64,000 bases of DNA, taken from Eledone cirrhosa (Eukaryota). The stretch lies in NCBI GenBank assembly GCA_964016885.1, contig OZ024761.1:62001-126000 (forward strand), given 5' to 3'. This document shows positions 1 through 14,929 of this stretch, one piece after another. Positions within the stretch are counted from its first letter, which is position 1; each line of letters starts with the position of its first letter. The notes beneath the pieces are model-generated. The model did no database searches. It was not told the DNA's origin and saw only the letters and a program-made list of their open reading frames with translations. Both the position numbers and the translations under genes were made by a program.

Positions 1-810
1 TGAACTGAATATCGCAATGTCATGTCACTGGAATCACGATAAAAAGTCTTTTATTTGAATATAAAATATACTTTACACGCTGTACAAATTGTAACATGTG
101 TATTATGTATAAACAGACCCCCCCCCCCAGATAAATAGATATATGTATAGATAAATAGATACATAGATCGACACATAGATACATCATACAGATAGATAGA
201 TAGACACACGAATAGATAGATTATTAGATGAATAAATAGATGGATAGAATAATAGATGCATTAATAGTTAGACAGATACATAGACAGATAGATAAATAGA
301 TAGATATATAGATAAATAGATACATAAATAAGCAGATGCATTGATAGATAAATAAATAGATAGATAGCTATAGAAGTCGCTGTGCAGAGAGATTTTGTTC
401 GGTGTCGCATTTGATGCGATGAGATGTTTAACAGTTAACAAACACACTAATATGGAAAGTTGCTTATCCACGTGTAAGCTAATCAGCATAATTTTGTCTT
501 TTTTTCCTTTTCCTTCTGCTATAGTTATAAACTAGGTTTGCTTGGTCGAACAACAGCTAGGTGAGGCGGAAACTGACGATGTTTAACTAACCAGAAAACC
601 ATGGTCAGCACGATGTCTCTCTCTCTGTCTCTCTCTCTGTCTCTCTCTCTCTGTCTCTATCTCTGTCTCTCTATGTTTCTGGCGAGTAATTAGTGTTTGT
701 GTATACTTCCATAACAAACTGTACATTTATATAACAAAGATATAAGATTATATTAGAATCAGCTATATATATATACTGCCTCTCTGTTTTGTTCCCGTTC
801 AATTTTTCAC

Positions 811-898
<88 letters not shown>

Positions 899-1025
899 AA
901 AGTTTTATTTAAAATTGTTGGGTTACAACGAATAAATATTTTATAACTGATATAAAGCACTCAACAAGTTTTGGAGTAGATATACGATATTAAACAAATG
1001 GAAACTATATTTATAAAACCATATT

Positions 1026-1090
1026 TATTTCATTATACATATTTCAGGGATACCAAATTAAATTATGGTATGCCTTCATCAGACAAAATA
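1026..1090 (-). ncRNA. Minimal type-I hammerhead ribozyme (family A)
   Basis: Minus strand reads TATTTTGT-CTGATGA-AGGCATACCA..TGGTATCCCT-GAAA-TATGTA-TA^ATGAAATA: stems I and II plus a short stem III. Confidence 0.8.
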
Positions 1091-1512
1091 CAATATATAA
1101 CAGTTTTACAAATAAGCTTTGACGTACCCTTTTAAAATGCAACCAAGGTTTTTTATGTTTGTATATATGTCTGTATGTATACATGGGCGATGCGGGAAGA
1201 CGCACGCAAATATTTATTTATACATATATATGTGTATATATATATATGTATATGTATGTGTGTGGGTAAGAGATATGTTGCCTAACCACGCAGTTTTGAT
1301 TGCAGATATGCATAATTTTAACAGAATGTTAAATGTATGAATGGTAATCGTATATATGAAGACATGAATGTTAATCGTATATATTTATGTATATATACTG
1401 TGAACTTTTTATAACACAAGGAATGTATAGCAGTGATTAAGAGAAATCGTCTGCGTTTTGTATGTCTATATTGTTGACTTGAGTAAATATAATTTCTATT
1501 TTCAGGACGTGC

Positions 1513-1576
<64 letters not shown>

Positions 1577-2189
1577 GTGTCTTTGCCTAAGATACTGATC
1601 TCTCTAGCAATGTGTACATTTTGGATGATTAAACCCAAATTTTGGTATATTGATCTCAAGTTTTCAACTAAACATGTAGTCATTATTAAACAATGTTTAA
1701 TTTCTCATATTATATATTTATGTCCCATTCATGAATATTAATATTTATATTTTTATTATTCATTTCATATAAATTGTTAACTCAACTTAATATGACATGA
1801 CGTAAAGTTTTCATTATCTCCCCCTCTCTCTATATAATATTTCTCTCTCTTGATTTTTTCTATCTGTCTGATGATTTAATATCTCTCTGTTGCTTTCCTC
1901 TGTTTTTCTTATTTCTTCCTTTTTTCTTTTTTCTTTTTTCTTTCTTTCCTCCTGTCTTTATTTATCTCTTTCTTTTTTCTCCATGCATTTCTCTCTCTCC
2001 CATATTTCTCCACGTTTTTTTCTTTCTCTCTCTCCGTCTTTTTCTTTCTCTCCGTCTTTTTCTAATTGTCCTTAACACTATGACTTATTAAAATAATATA
2101 AACAACTCACTATCCAGATGGCTCCCCAAAATAATGGTTGCATTTTAAAAGGGTACGTCAAAGCTTATTTGTAAAACTGTTATATATTG

Positions 2190-2254
2190 TATTTTGTCTG
2201 ATGAAGGCATACCATAATTTAATTTGGTATCCCTGAAATATGTATAATGAAATA
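2190..2254 (+). ncRNA. Minimal type-I hammerhead ribozyme (family A)
   Basis: Same motif as 1026-1090, on the + strand. Confidence 0.8.
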
Positions 2255-2299
2255 AATATGGTTTTATAAATATAGTTTCCATTTATTAATATCGTATAT

Positions 2300-3419
<1,120 letters not shown>

Positions 3420-3689
3420 GAGTGTGTATGTGCGTGTATAACATTGTTTAGAGATAGATATATGCATGCATCAACACAGAAACCAGCCATCTGCATGACA
3501 GAGCTTAAGATATCAAATGCATACAGCATATAATATATTCTATATTCTATGGCGCTGCACTCGCGACATTATAATACACTACACAGTATACAAGATTACA
3601 CTCTGTTGCACTATATTCTACTGTACTATTCTAAACTATGGTATACTACACCACATTAGCTATACTGTACTACAGGCCAAGAGTAAGAT

Positions 3690-4235
3690 AGATAGTCCTA
3701 TACGTAGATAGATAGATCCATATAGAGATAGACTTATAGATAGCCCCATATAGAGATACTCATAGATAGTCCCATATAGAGATACTCATAAATAGTCCCA
3801 TATAGAGATACTCATAGATAGTCCCATATAGAGATACTCATAAATAGTCCCATATAGAGATAGACTTATAGATATCCCCTTATAGAGATACTCATAAATA
3901 GTCCCATATAGAGATAGACTTATAGATAGCTCCTTATAGAGATACTCATAGATAGTCCCATATAGAGATAGACTTATAGATAGCTCCTTATAGAGATAGA
4001 CTCATAGATAGACCCATACATTGATAGACACTCATAGATAGTCCCATACATTGATAGACACTCATAGATAGTTCCATACGTTGATAGACACTTATAGATA
4101 GTCCCATACATTGATAGACACTCATAGATAGTCCCATACATTGATAGACCATCATAGATAGTCCCATACGTAGATAAATAGACCCATATAGGGATAGACT
4201 CATTGATAGATAGTCCCATAAATAGACCGATAAAT
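3690..4235. repeat. GATA-derived minisatellite (~26-30 bp, ATAGATAGTCCCATA...)
   Basis: Tandem units visible in the sequence. Confidence 0.9.
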
Positions 4236-4289
4236 AACTAGATGTATACATAAACAGATAGGCCCTTCCAAAGTTACATATAGATATGT

Positions 4290-4860
4290 TTCTTTATTTG
4301 CCACAAGGGCGCACAAGAAAAGGGAACAATACAAAGACATATGGCGGGGATTTTACATACAATCGTGTAAAAAATTTTAACATACAAATTCAACAATCGA
4401 AATCCCAAATAGGGGAGAGGCGTTACAAATGGGTTGTTTAATACCCCGTGGATAGAACAACCCTCAACTCCAGGAGCATGTTGTGCAAGTGATCCTTTCT
4501 TCCTTTTGCTCTCTTCTTCAACCTACAGGTTTATATACAAAGAAGGCCCAATCACTCGGGCCATTTTTGCCACATTCACCCACCTTTCAGTAAATTTACT
4601 GGGGTGCAGTGCCTCTCTCTCCACTCTGATTCTCCTTCTAAAGTGGCACCTAAAGAAGGGAATGAGTTTGTTGTCCGGAGAGACAGGCATCTGTCCTCAG
4701 TCCTCTCAACCTTGTCCACCATATAACCTCTTTCACCATAGCCGCTATACAGAAGAAAACCGTCTCTCATTCGTTTTTAAATGAAGGTAGAAAGATGTAA
4801 TGACATAGGCGGTTAAATTCAAACACCTTGAAAATCGCGCCAGGAGATCTCAACCAAGTA
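4290..4860 (-). mobile_element. 3' fragment of an L1/Tx1-clade LINE (degenerate ORF2 C-terminus and 3' UTR)
   Basis: Minus-strand translation with frameshifts: ..AMVK/EVIWWTRLRGLRTDACLSGQQ/LIPFFRCHFRRRIRVEREALHPSKFTERWVNVAKMARVIGPSLYINL* (stop at 4523-4525). AATAAA near 4294. Confidence 0.6.
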
Positions 4861-5280
4861 TATAAAAGAAATCATGAGAAGTGCATAATGCATACATATA
4901 TATTCTATATTTTACCTGTCTATGACCCACCTTATCGATTGCTTTCTGAGTCATTTTTCCCATCATTGTCAGTGACAGCATTTAGCTGTTTTAACGTCTG
5001 GTGTAGTGATGAGTTTTCTCATTTGTTTTATCTGTATTCAAATACACCTTCGCTTCATCTCGATCAGAGACGACATTGTTTTATGCGCGCACATACACAC
5101 ATCACACATACACACATACACACACATACACATACATACAGACATACATACACACATACATACATAGAGAGAGAGAGGTAGAGATATAGACAAAGATACA
5201 TAAGTTAGATAGAGAAATACCTATGTATGTTTAATAATTTATCACTTTCCTTTATCAAGTTTGTACAAGTATTGTAATAA

Positions 5281-5357
5281 TTGTTTCTACTTTAGGCACA
5301 TTACTGGTACTTTATTTTATCGTCCTCGTAAGGATGAAAGGCAAAGTTAACCTCGGC
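5281..5357 (-). mobile_element. tRNA-derived SINE (family S1), partial
   Basis: Shares CTGGTACTTTATTTTATCG..GGATGAAAGGCAAAGTTAACCTCGGC with many copies in the window. Confidence 0.75.
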
Positions 5358-5529
5358 TAGTTTAAATTAAATAGATCTTTTACCCTCTACTTATAAAGAG
5401 TGGTAGTAGTGGTAGTGGTGGTAGTAGCAGTAGTGGCTGTAGTAGCAGTGATATATCTACAGTTGTAAAATGTAAAGATGACAAAACCCACAACTTTAGA
5501 CACCAGTATCTTATGTGAAGTTTAAATAA

Positions 5530-6402
5530 ATGTAGTGTAATTTAGTGTAGTGTACTGTAATATGGTGTAGTGTTCTGCTGTGTAGTGTAGTGTAGTGTAC
5601 TGTAATATAGTGTAGTGTTCTGCTGTGTAGTGTAGTGAAGTGTACTGTAATATAGTGTAGTGTTCTGCTGTGTAGTGCAGTGAAGTGTAGTGTACTGTAA
5701 TATAGTGTAGTGTTCTGCTGTGTAGTGCAGTGAAGTGTAGTGTACTGTAATATAGTGTAGTGTTCTGCTGTGTAGTGTAGTGTAGTGTAGTGTACTGTAA
5801 TATAGTGTAGTCTTCTGCTGTGTAGTGTAGTGAAGTGTAGTGTACTGTAATATAGTGTAGTGTTCTGCTGTGTAGTGCAGTGAAGTGTAGTGTACTGTGA
5901 TATAGTGTAGTGTTCTGCTGTGTAGTGCAGTGTAGTGTAGTGTACTGTGATATAGTGTAGTGTTCTGCTGTGTAGTGCAGTGAAGTGTAGTGTACTGTGA
6001 TATAGTGTAGTGTTCTGCTGTGTAGTGCAGTGAAGTGTAGTGTACTGTGATATAGTGTAGTGTTCTGCTGTGTAGTGCAGTGAAGTGTAGTGTACTGTGA
6101 TATAGTGTAGTGTTCTGCTGTGTAGTGCAGTGATGTGTAGTGTACTGTGATATAGTGTAGTGTTCTGCTGTGTAGTGCAGTGAAGTGAAGTGTAATTTAG
6201 TGCAGTGTAATGTAGGGTTGTGCAGTGTAGTGTTGTGTAGTGTACTGTAATATGGTGTAGTGTTGTGAAGTGAAGTGTAGTTCAGTGTAATGTAGTGTTG
6301 TGCAGTGCAGTGTAGTGTAGTGTAATATAGTGTAGTGTTCTGCTGTGTAGTGCAGTGAAGTGTAGTTTAGTGCAGTGTAATGTAGTGTTGTGTAGTGTAG
6401 TG
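5530..6402. repeat. (GTGTA)n-based minisatellite with a ~60-bp higher-order unit
   Basis: Tandem TGTACTGTRATATAGTGTAGTGTTCTGCTGTGTAGTG... units. Confidence 0.9.
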
Positions 6403-6934
6403 TAAAGACAGATACATATCTACAGTTGTAAAATGTAAAGATGAGAAAAGCCACAGCTTTAGACACAAGTATTTTATGGGTGACTGTAATTTTCTAGATT
6501 GAAATCTTCAAAGTGTATTAAATAAGCCACTTGAAGTAGTCACTTCGTTTATTGATCTTCACTTAGGTTTATTAGACTGAAGTGGAAACCTAGTTCTACT
6601 ACAAACACACAGACACACAAACACTTCTATACACAACAGCCTTCTACACACAAAAGACACACACACTGCCATACATAGACGCACACAAACATTTCTACAA
6701 ATAACACACACACACACTGCGTTACATATACACACACAAACATTTCTACAAATAACACACACACACTACCATACATAGACGCACACAAACATTTCTACAA
6801 ATAACACACACACATACAGACTGCCATACATATACACACACAAACATTTCTACACGGCACTGGGGCACTTGTACACACAACATATATACACATGCACATA
6901 GATAGATTTTGTTACGCACACAGATATATACAGA

Positions 6935-6986
<52 letters not shown>

Positions 6987-6991
<5 letters not shown>

Positions 6992-7626
6992 AGGATGAAT
7001 ATAAAATGAAAGTGCTTTTTTTTAAAAAAGGAATTTATTAGGTATTGACATATGTTTCTGTAACAGACTGAATACCTATGTATCGCTGCTTGCGTAATCA
7101 TATAATTTTAGCAAGTATTCGATAGCAAATGTATAATCAGTTGTCACTTCTCCAGTTGGTCGAGTAGAGATTAAAATTGGCACTCCCAAAATTCTTATTT
7201 AGATTTACTCATGGTATTCTCATTAGAAACCCATTATATACTTGTCTAGCAGTAAATTAATTTACCATCTTTCATATACTATCCCCTCTGTTTCTTCCTC
7301 TTTTACTAATATAAATACTTCAATTTTTCTGATTTTATCCAATTTATCCAAAATCTCTGAAGAAGTGACAACTGATTATACATTTGCTATCGAATACTTG
7401 CTAACATTATATGATTACGCAAGCAGCGATACATAGGGATTCGGTCTGTTACAGAAACATATGTCAATACCTAATAAATTCCTTTTTTAACAAAAGCACT
7501 TTCATTTTATATTCATCCTTTCTACATTTTCTCCGGAATATAATTTATACTCGTTGAGCAAACCTGCACGTACACTGTTCATCTCTAACGTAACGATATA
7601 TTATCACTACATTATTGATAACCTGA

Positions 7627-7632
<6 letters not shown>
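6987..7632 (+). mobile_element. PLE-like family D element with ~167-bp inverted arms (6987-7155 and 7357-7523), in (TA)n
   Basis: The arms are reverse complements. They contain GAAA-CATATG-TC^AATACCTA with a complementary TAGGTATT (HHR remnant, core apparently deleted). Both termini recur at 35499-35542 and 35672-35715. Confidence 0.6.
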
Positions 7633-7688
<56 letters not shown>

Positions 7689-7933
7689 TCAGCAAGAATA
7701 GCATTTCGACGGGTAGAAAAAGCGAAACGAAACGCAAAATCAGAGTTATGCTGGCAAGCGCTCCATAGTTAAAAAACCAGAGCTAAACATATATTTTAAA
7801 ACGCCATACAAACTGTATATATATGCAGAAAGTTCAGTAAATCCGAAGAAAACTGAGAACCAAAGTCAGCACCTCGATGCAGAGCTGAGTGTCACTAGGA
7901 TTGAGTAATAAATCTATGTAACACCTCTACTTT

Positions 7934-7978
<45 letters not shown>

Positions 7979-8155
7979 GGAGGTGAGTTTTATTGTAGTA
8001 CAATAAAGCAATGCATCTCCTCCTCTTCCTTACATTCCCCCCCCCCTCCCCTCACTTAATCCCAAACTCATACGTCAATCTTAAATTATTTTTCATATGT
8101 TGATTTAAAACTTCACTATTCACAAGTGTTTTTTAAGCTTCATATCATGTATCCC

Positions 8156-8226
8156 TATTTTATCCGATGAAAACGCAGATATCATCTCATGATGATAGTT
8201 GTTTTTGAAATGCGCACAATAAAATA
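8156..8226 (+). ncRNA. Degenerate hammerhead ribozyme (family E)
   Basis: TATTTTAT-CCGATGA-long stem II-GAAA-TGCGCA-CA-ATAAAATA: perfect 8-bp stem I but two core substitutions. Confidence 0.55.
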
Positions 8227-8256
8227 CTTGGAACTCTTTTAACCATCTTTTGATCT

Positions 8257-8312
<56 letters not shown>

Positions 8313-8340
8313 ATCAAAAGATGGTTAAAGGAGTTCCATG

Positions 8341-8411
8341 TATTTTATTATGCGCATTTCAAAAACAAATATCATCATGCAATAATATTTGTGTTTTTAT
8401 CAGATAAAACA
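8341..8411 (-). ncRNA. Degenerate hammerhead ribozyme (family E)
   Basis: TGTTTTAT-CTGATAA-stem II-GAAA-TGCGCA-TA^ATAAAATA, with a G8A substitution. The consensus of the two family E copies is canonical. Confidence 0.6.
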
Positions 8412-8587
8412 GGAGAACATGATATGAAGGCTAAAAAATACATGGAACTCCTTTAACCATCTTTTGATCTTATATTATGTATACTCCAGTCCTACAAACT
8501 GTAGAGTGCTTCTTATCCGATATCTGCATTGCTTTATTGTACTACAATAAAACTCACCTCCTACATATATATATATATATATATATA

Positions 8588-9117
8588 CTAGCAAATGACC
8601 CCCGTCCATTGGACGGTGTCAGTTCTTGGTAGGGCTGCAATGATAATGGTCAATTTCCGTGTTGTATGTTTAACTTGGAGGATAATTTAACCTGATCAAC
8701 TCTTTCAATAAAAAAAAAATGAGACGGTATTCAAAAAGAGCAAGTTTTATTTACAGATATGTGTCATTAAAATGTGAACATAGAGAAATGTATCGTTAAC
8801 CGTGTCGGTTGAACAATGGGTATTTTAAAACATCCATCATGTACACACACACACAAACACATACACACACAAACATACACACACATACACACAAACACAC
8901 ACACATACACACACACACATACGCACACAATCCCAAAACGTGACGTTGTGGAAGGGGGAGAGTTAAGAAGTGTAATAAATAAGTTCAAATTATAAACGCT
9001 GTATTTATCATATTCGCGTCACACACACTCCTCTCTTTCTTTATTTTACTCTCTCTCTCTCACTCCTCTCTTTCTATCTCCCTCTCACACATCCTTCTCT
9101 CTCTGGCCGTTATGGAA

Positions 9118-9159
<42 letters not shown>

Positions 9160-9497
9160 CACGCACACATACACACATACACACACATATACACACGCAC
9201 ATACACATACAATCCCATAACGTCGTGTTGTGGAAGGGGGAGAGTTAAGAAGTGTGTAAAAAGGAACGCTCTCTCTCTCTTTATGGCCGTCATGGAATTT
9301 GTTAGTGCAAAAGTCTATAAGATTATAAAATCGAAGTTTGTGACTTCGAAATTAATCATTATGAAATTATTTTTTCTTTATGTTACAAACCGTAGCCTAT
9401 TTTGGCTATGTGTTTAATTTAACAGAGATCGATGGAATATTTTCCAAGTGAAACTCTTTTACACACACACACAGAACGGGAATTATATATATATATA
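8588..9497 (-). mobile_element. Non-autonomous Helitron-like element
   Basis: Minus-strand 3' end has a GC hairpin CCGTCC-AAT-GGACGG, ~10 nt, then CTAG|T (8588-8591). Internal duplicated segment (8925-8975 and 9210-9260) and CA tracts. The 5' end runs into (TA)n and is approximate. Confidence 0.55.
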
Positions 9498-9544
9498 ACG
9501 AAGCGAGGGAGTGAAAGAGAATCAGGGTGAGACGGGCGGAGGGC

Positions 9545-9692
9545 GTCTACCGATAGACAGACTAAAGAGGGAGAGAGGAGAACGATTACCAATAGACAGA
9601 CTAAAGAGAGAGGGGGGAGAAGAACGACTACCGATAGACAGACTAAAGAGGGGGGGGGGGAGAACGACTACCGATAGACAGACTAAAGAGAG
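9545..9692. repeat. ~42-bp tandem repeat x4 (ACTACCGATAGACAGACTAAAGAG)
   Basis: Direct inspection. Confidence 0.85.
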
Positions 9693-9849
9693 CGATATGA
9701 AAGGTATAAAGACATGTTATATAAAATATAAGTGCAACTACATCACAACAAGATGGCGTCTGTGATGTGTAATTGTTAGCAAACATAATAGTTTCAGATG
9801 AAATTAAACTGACGCTTTTATCAGATTAATTTCTTATTCACCCTTCACC

Positions 9850-10889
9850 TTTCTTTCCATCTTTTCTTTCTTCTTTTCTTCCCTTTTCTCCCCTTATTTC
9901 TCTCCATTCCCTCTTTCTTTCCCTCTTTCTTTCCCTCGTTCTTTCCTTCTTTCTTTCCTTCTTTCTCTCCTTCTTTCTCTCCTTCTTTCCCTCCTCCTTT
10001 CCCTCTTTCTCTCCATCTTTCCCTCTTTCTCTCCTTCTTTCCCTCTTTCTCTCCTTCTTTCCCTCTTTCTCTCATTCTTTCCCTCTTTCTCTCCTCGTTC
10101 TCCCTTCTTTCAGCCAGACAGACAGCACCAATAACCACGTGACTTTCTGCCGCCATTTGTTTTACTGCACTTCTTGATCTTGTTGCATTGAATGTTGTTG
10201 TTGTTGTTGTTGTACTTGTACTTGTTGTTGTTGTTGTTGTTGTTTTGTACTTGCTGTTGTTGTAGTTGCTGTTGTTGTAGTTCCTGTTGTTGTTGTTTTG
10301 TACATGCTGTTGTTGTAGTTGCTGTTGTTGTTGTTATGTTGTTGATATGATGTTGGTTTGTTGTTGTTGTGTTGTACTTGTTGTTGTTGTTGATTTCTAT
10401 TTGTTGCTGTCATTGTTGTTGTTTTTGTTGTACTTGTTGCTATTGTTGTTGTACTTGATGGTAGTGTTGTTGATGTTGTTGTCATTGTTGTTGTTGTACT
10501 TGTTGATCTTGTTGTTACTCTTCCTTTTCTTCTTCTTCTTCTTCTTCTTCTTCTTCTTCTTCTTCTTCTTCTTCTTCTTCTTCTTCTGCCGCCAGGTCCA
10601 CCATTAAACTGTCTGTCCACAGATTTTGTTACTGACCAAAATAGACATGTTTTTCTCTTATATCACTGTCTCGACTTAATCACAGACACTCACACAAGTT
10701 TACACACACATATACATATATATACATGCACCCCCCCCCACACACACACATATATATATACGCACGTACACACACACACATATATATATATATACACGCA
10801 CGTACACACACACGTACACACACACATATATATACACGCACGTACACACATACACGCATACATATATATATATATACGCACGTACACAT

Positions 10890-10932
<43 letters not shown>

Positions 10933-11018
10933 TGTACACACACACACACATATATACACACGCACGTACACACACATATATATATACGTACGTACACACA
11001 CACATATATATACACGCA

Positions 11019-11054
<36 letters not shown>

Positions 11055-11405
11055 TATATTTATATACGCACGTACACACACATATACATATATATATATA
11101 TATACATGCACGTGCACACACACACACACCAGTGTGTGGTCTAAGACTTACGCAAGAAAATAGTCTTCGGGATGACTGCATCAAAAACAAATGAACGCGA
11201 ATTACTTTAATCTCAGAACAATGAAATATCATCATTACCACCACCACCACCACCATCAACACCACCATCACCATCATCATCATCATAACCATCATCATCA
11301 TAAACGACATTATTATCATCATCATCATTATTATCAAGGTTAACGACATCATCATAACCATCATCATCAACAACAACATTAACATCATCATTATCGTCAT
11401 CATCA
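9850..11405. repeat. Simple-repeat cluster: CT-rich, (TTG)n, (CTT)n, (CA/TA)n, (CAT)n
   Basis: Direct inspection; accounts for the low-complexity ORFs here. Confidence 0.9.
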
Positions 11406-11636
11406 AACGAAACAGTTCTAGTTCTCTACACTACATTATTTAACTAATGAGAGTGGTAGTGGTGGTGGTGGGAGGGACATCCGGTTTTCCGATTCCCTTA
11501 GCAGAGTCGCTCTCTAATGTCTGAAACCAGTCAAGCAATAAAAAGTAATCACACACGAACACACATATCTCTCTCTCTCTCTCTCTCTCCCTCTCTCTCT
11601 CTCTCGCTATCTCTCTCTCTCTCTCCCTATCTCTCT

Positions 11637-11699
<63 letters not shown>

Positions 11700-11702
<3 letters not shown>

Positions 11703-11987
11703 CAAATGGAAACCATATTTATAAAACCATATTTATTTCATTATACATATTTCAAGGACACCAAAGAAAATAATGGTGCGCTTTCATCAGATAAAATATA
11801 ATATAGATCAGTTTTATAAACAAATATTGACATACCCTTAAAGAATGCGACCATGTCGGTTGTAAGCTCCCGGATATTGGGGTTACTAATTTTATTATTG
11901 GTCTATTATGTCAGTTATAAAATAGTGCTTTATATCAATTATAAAAATATTTGCTTGTTGTATCCCAACAAATTAAATATAACTTCT
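11700..11987 (-). mobile_element. Family A pseudo-LTR copy
   Basis: Homologous to 990-1145, and 11921-11986 is the reverse complement of 898-960. Flanked by (TA)n/(CA)n. Confidence 0.75.
11734..11798 (-). ncRNA. Minimal type-I hammerhead ribozyme (family A)
   Basis: TATTTTAT-CTGATGA-AAGCGCACCA..TGGTGTCCTT-GAAA-TATGTA-TA^ATGAAATA, with compensatory stem II changes relative to 2190-2254. Confidence 0.8.
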
Positions 11988-11989
11988 AT

Positions 11990-12059
<70 letters not shown>

Positions 12060-12319
12060 AGAATAGAAATGGCTGTGTAGTTGCTATTTAAGGTAACTTA
12101 AAATGCAGTGGGAATACGAAGAAGGCAAGAACAGGGGGGGGGTCTCCTCATCAGTTGTCTACTGGGGTCTAGGATATTTCTACGCTTTAAAGACAAGATA
12201 CCACTTCACCCCAGGGCGACAATAACTGGATAAGTTATTGGGAAAACGAAGTAAGGAGGGAAGGAAAGCAAAGAGGAAAAAAGAGAAACAGTAACAAAAC
12301 ATCGAAAAAAAAACACAAA

Positions 12320-12491
12320 CCGAGCAGTGTGCGAGCAACTATAGGTTAATCACCTTTATATATATATACTATAGGTATATACCGAGCAATGTGCGAGCAA
12401 CTATAGGTTAATCACCTTTATATATATATATATATATATATATACTATAGGTATATACCGAGCAATGTGCGAGCAACTATAGGTTAATCAC

Positions 12492-12522
<31 letters not shown>

Positions 12523-14027
12523 CTATAGGTATATACCGAGCAATGTGCGAGCAACTATCGGTTAATCACCTTTATATATATATATACTATAGATATATAC
12601 CGAGCAATGTGCCAGCAACTATAGGTTAATCACCTTTATATATATATATATATACTATAGGTATATACCGAGCAATGTGCCAGCAACTATAGGTTAATCA
12701 CCTTTATATATATATATATATACTATAGGTATATACCGAGCAATGTGCCAGCAACTATAGGTTAATCACCTTTATATATATATATATACTATAGGTATAT
12801 ACCGAGCAATGTGCGAGCAACTATAGGTTAATCACCTTTATATATATATATATATACTATAGTTATATACCGAGCAATGTGCGAGCAACTATAGGTTAAT
12901 CACCTTTATATATATATATATACTATAGGTATATACCGAGCAATGTGCCAGCAACTATAGGTTAATCACCTTTATATATATATATATATATACTATAGGT
13001 ATATACCGAGCAATGTGCGAGCAACTATAGGTTAATCACCTTTATATATATATATATACTATAGGTATATACCGAGCAATGTGCGAGCAACTATAGGTTA
13101 ATCACCTTTATATATATATATATATACTATAGGTATATACCGAGCAATGTGCGAGCAACTATAGGTTAATCACCTTTATATATATATATATACTATAGGT
13201 ATATACCGAGCAATGTGCGAGCAACTATAGGTTAATCACCTTTATATATATATATATACTATAGGTATATACCGAGCAATGTGCGAGCAACTATAGGTTA
13301 ATCACCTTTATATATATATATATACTATAGGTATATACCGAGCAATGTGCCAGCAACTATAGGTTAATCACCTTTATATATATATATATACTATAGGTAT
13401 ATACCGAGCAATGTGCGAGCAACTATAGGTTAATCACCTTTATATATATATATACTATAGGTATATACCGAGCAATGTGCGAGCAACTATAGGTTAATCA
13501 CCTTTATATATATATACTATAGGTATATACCGAGCAATGTGCGAGCAACTATAGGTTAATCACCTTTATATATATATACTATAGGTATATACCGAGCAAC
13601 GTGCGAGCAACTATAGGTTAATCACCTTTATATATATATATATATATACTATAGGTATATACCGAGCAATGTGCCAGCAATTATAGGTTAATCACCTTTA
13701 TATATATATATATATATATATACTATAGGTATATACCGAGCAATGTGCCACCAACTATAGGTTAATCACCTTTATATATATATATATACTATAGGTATAT
13801 ACCGAGCAATGTGCGAGCAACTATAGGTTAATCACCTTTATATATATATATATACTATAGGTATATACCGAGCAATGTGCGAGCAACTATAGGTTAATCA
13901 CCTTTATATATATATACTATAGGTATATACCGAGCAATGTGCGAGCAACTATAGGTTAATCACCTTTATATATATATATACTATAGGTATATACCGAGCA
14001 ATGTGCGAGCAACTATAGGTTAATCAC

Positions 14028-14095
<68 letters not shown>

Positions 14096-14868
14096 TATAG
14101 GTATATACCGAGCAATGTGCGAGCAACTATAGGTTAATCACCTTTATATATATATATACTATAGGCATATACCGAGCAATGTGCCAGCAACTATAGGTTA
14201 ATTAGCTTTATATATATATATACTATAGGTATATACCGAGCAATGTGCGAGCAACTATAGGTTAATCACCTTTATATATAATATACTATAGGTATATACC
14301 GAGCAATGTGCGAGCAACTATAGGTTAATCACCTTTATATATATATATATATATATACTATAGGTATATACCGAGCAATGTGCGAGCAACTATAGGTTAA
14401 TAACCTTTATATATATATATATACTATAGGTATATACCGAGCAATGTGCGAGCAACTATAGGTTAATCACCTTTATATATATATATAATATAGGTATATA
14501 CCGAGCAATGTGCGAGCAACTATAGGTTAATCACCTTTATATATATATATATATATATACTATAGGTATATACCGAGCAATGTGCGAGCAACTATAGGTT
14601 AATAACCTTTATATATATATATATATACTATAGGTATATACCGAGCAATGTGCGAGCAACTATAGGTTAATCACCTTTATATATATATACTATAGGTATA
14701 TACCGAGCAATGTGCGAGCAACTATAGGTTAATCACCTTTATATATATATATATATATACTATAGGTATATACCGAGCAACGTGCGAGCAACTATCGGTT
14801 AATCACCTTTATATATATATACTATAGGTATATACCGAGCAATGTGCGAGCAACTATAGGTTAATCAC

Positions 14869-14929
<61 letters not shown>

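Larger units (their letters stand above)
7973..8566. mobile_element. Nested inverted-repeat element with family E pseudo-LTRs
   Basis: Outer inverted repeat at 7973-8015 and 8525-8566. Inner inverted copies at 8135-8258 and 8309-8472, each with an HHR-like motif. Confidence 0.65.

Noticed and set aside
570-612. HHR-like CTGACGA..GAAAACCATGGTC
   Set aside because: Extra A in the core, poor stem II and no stem I complementarity.
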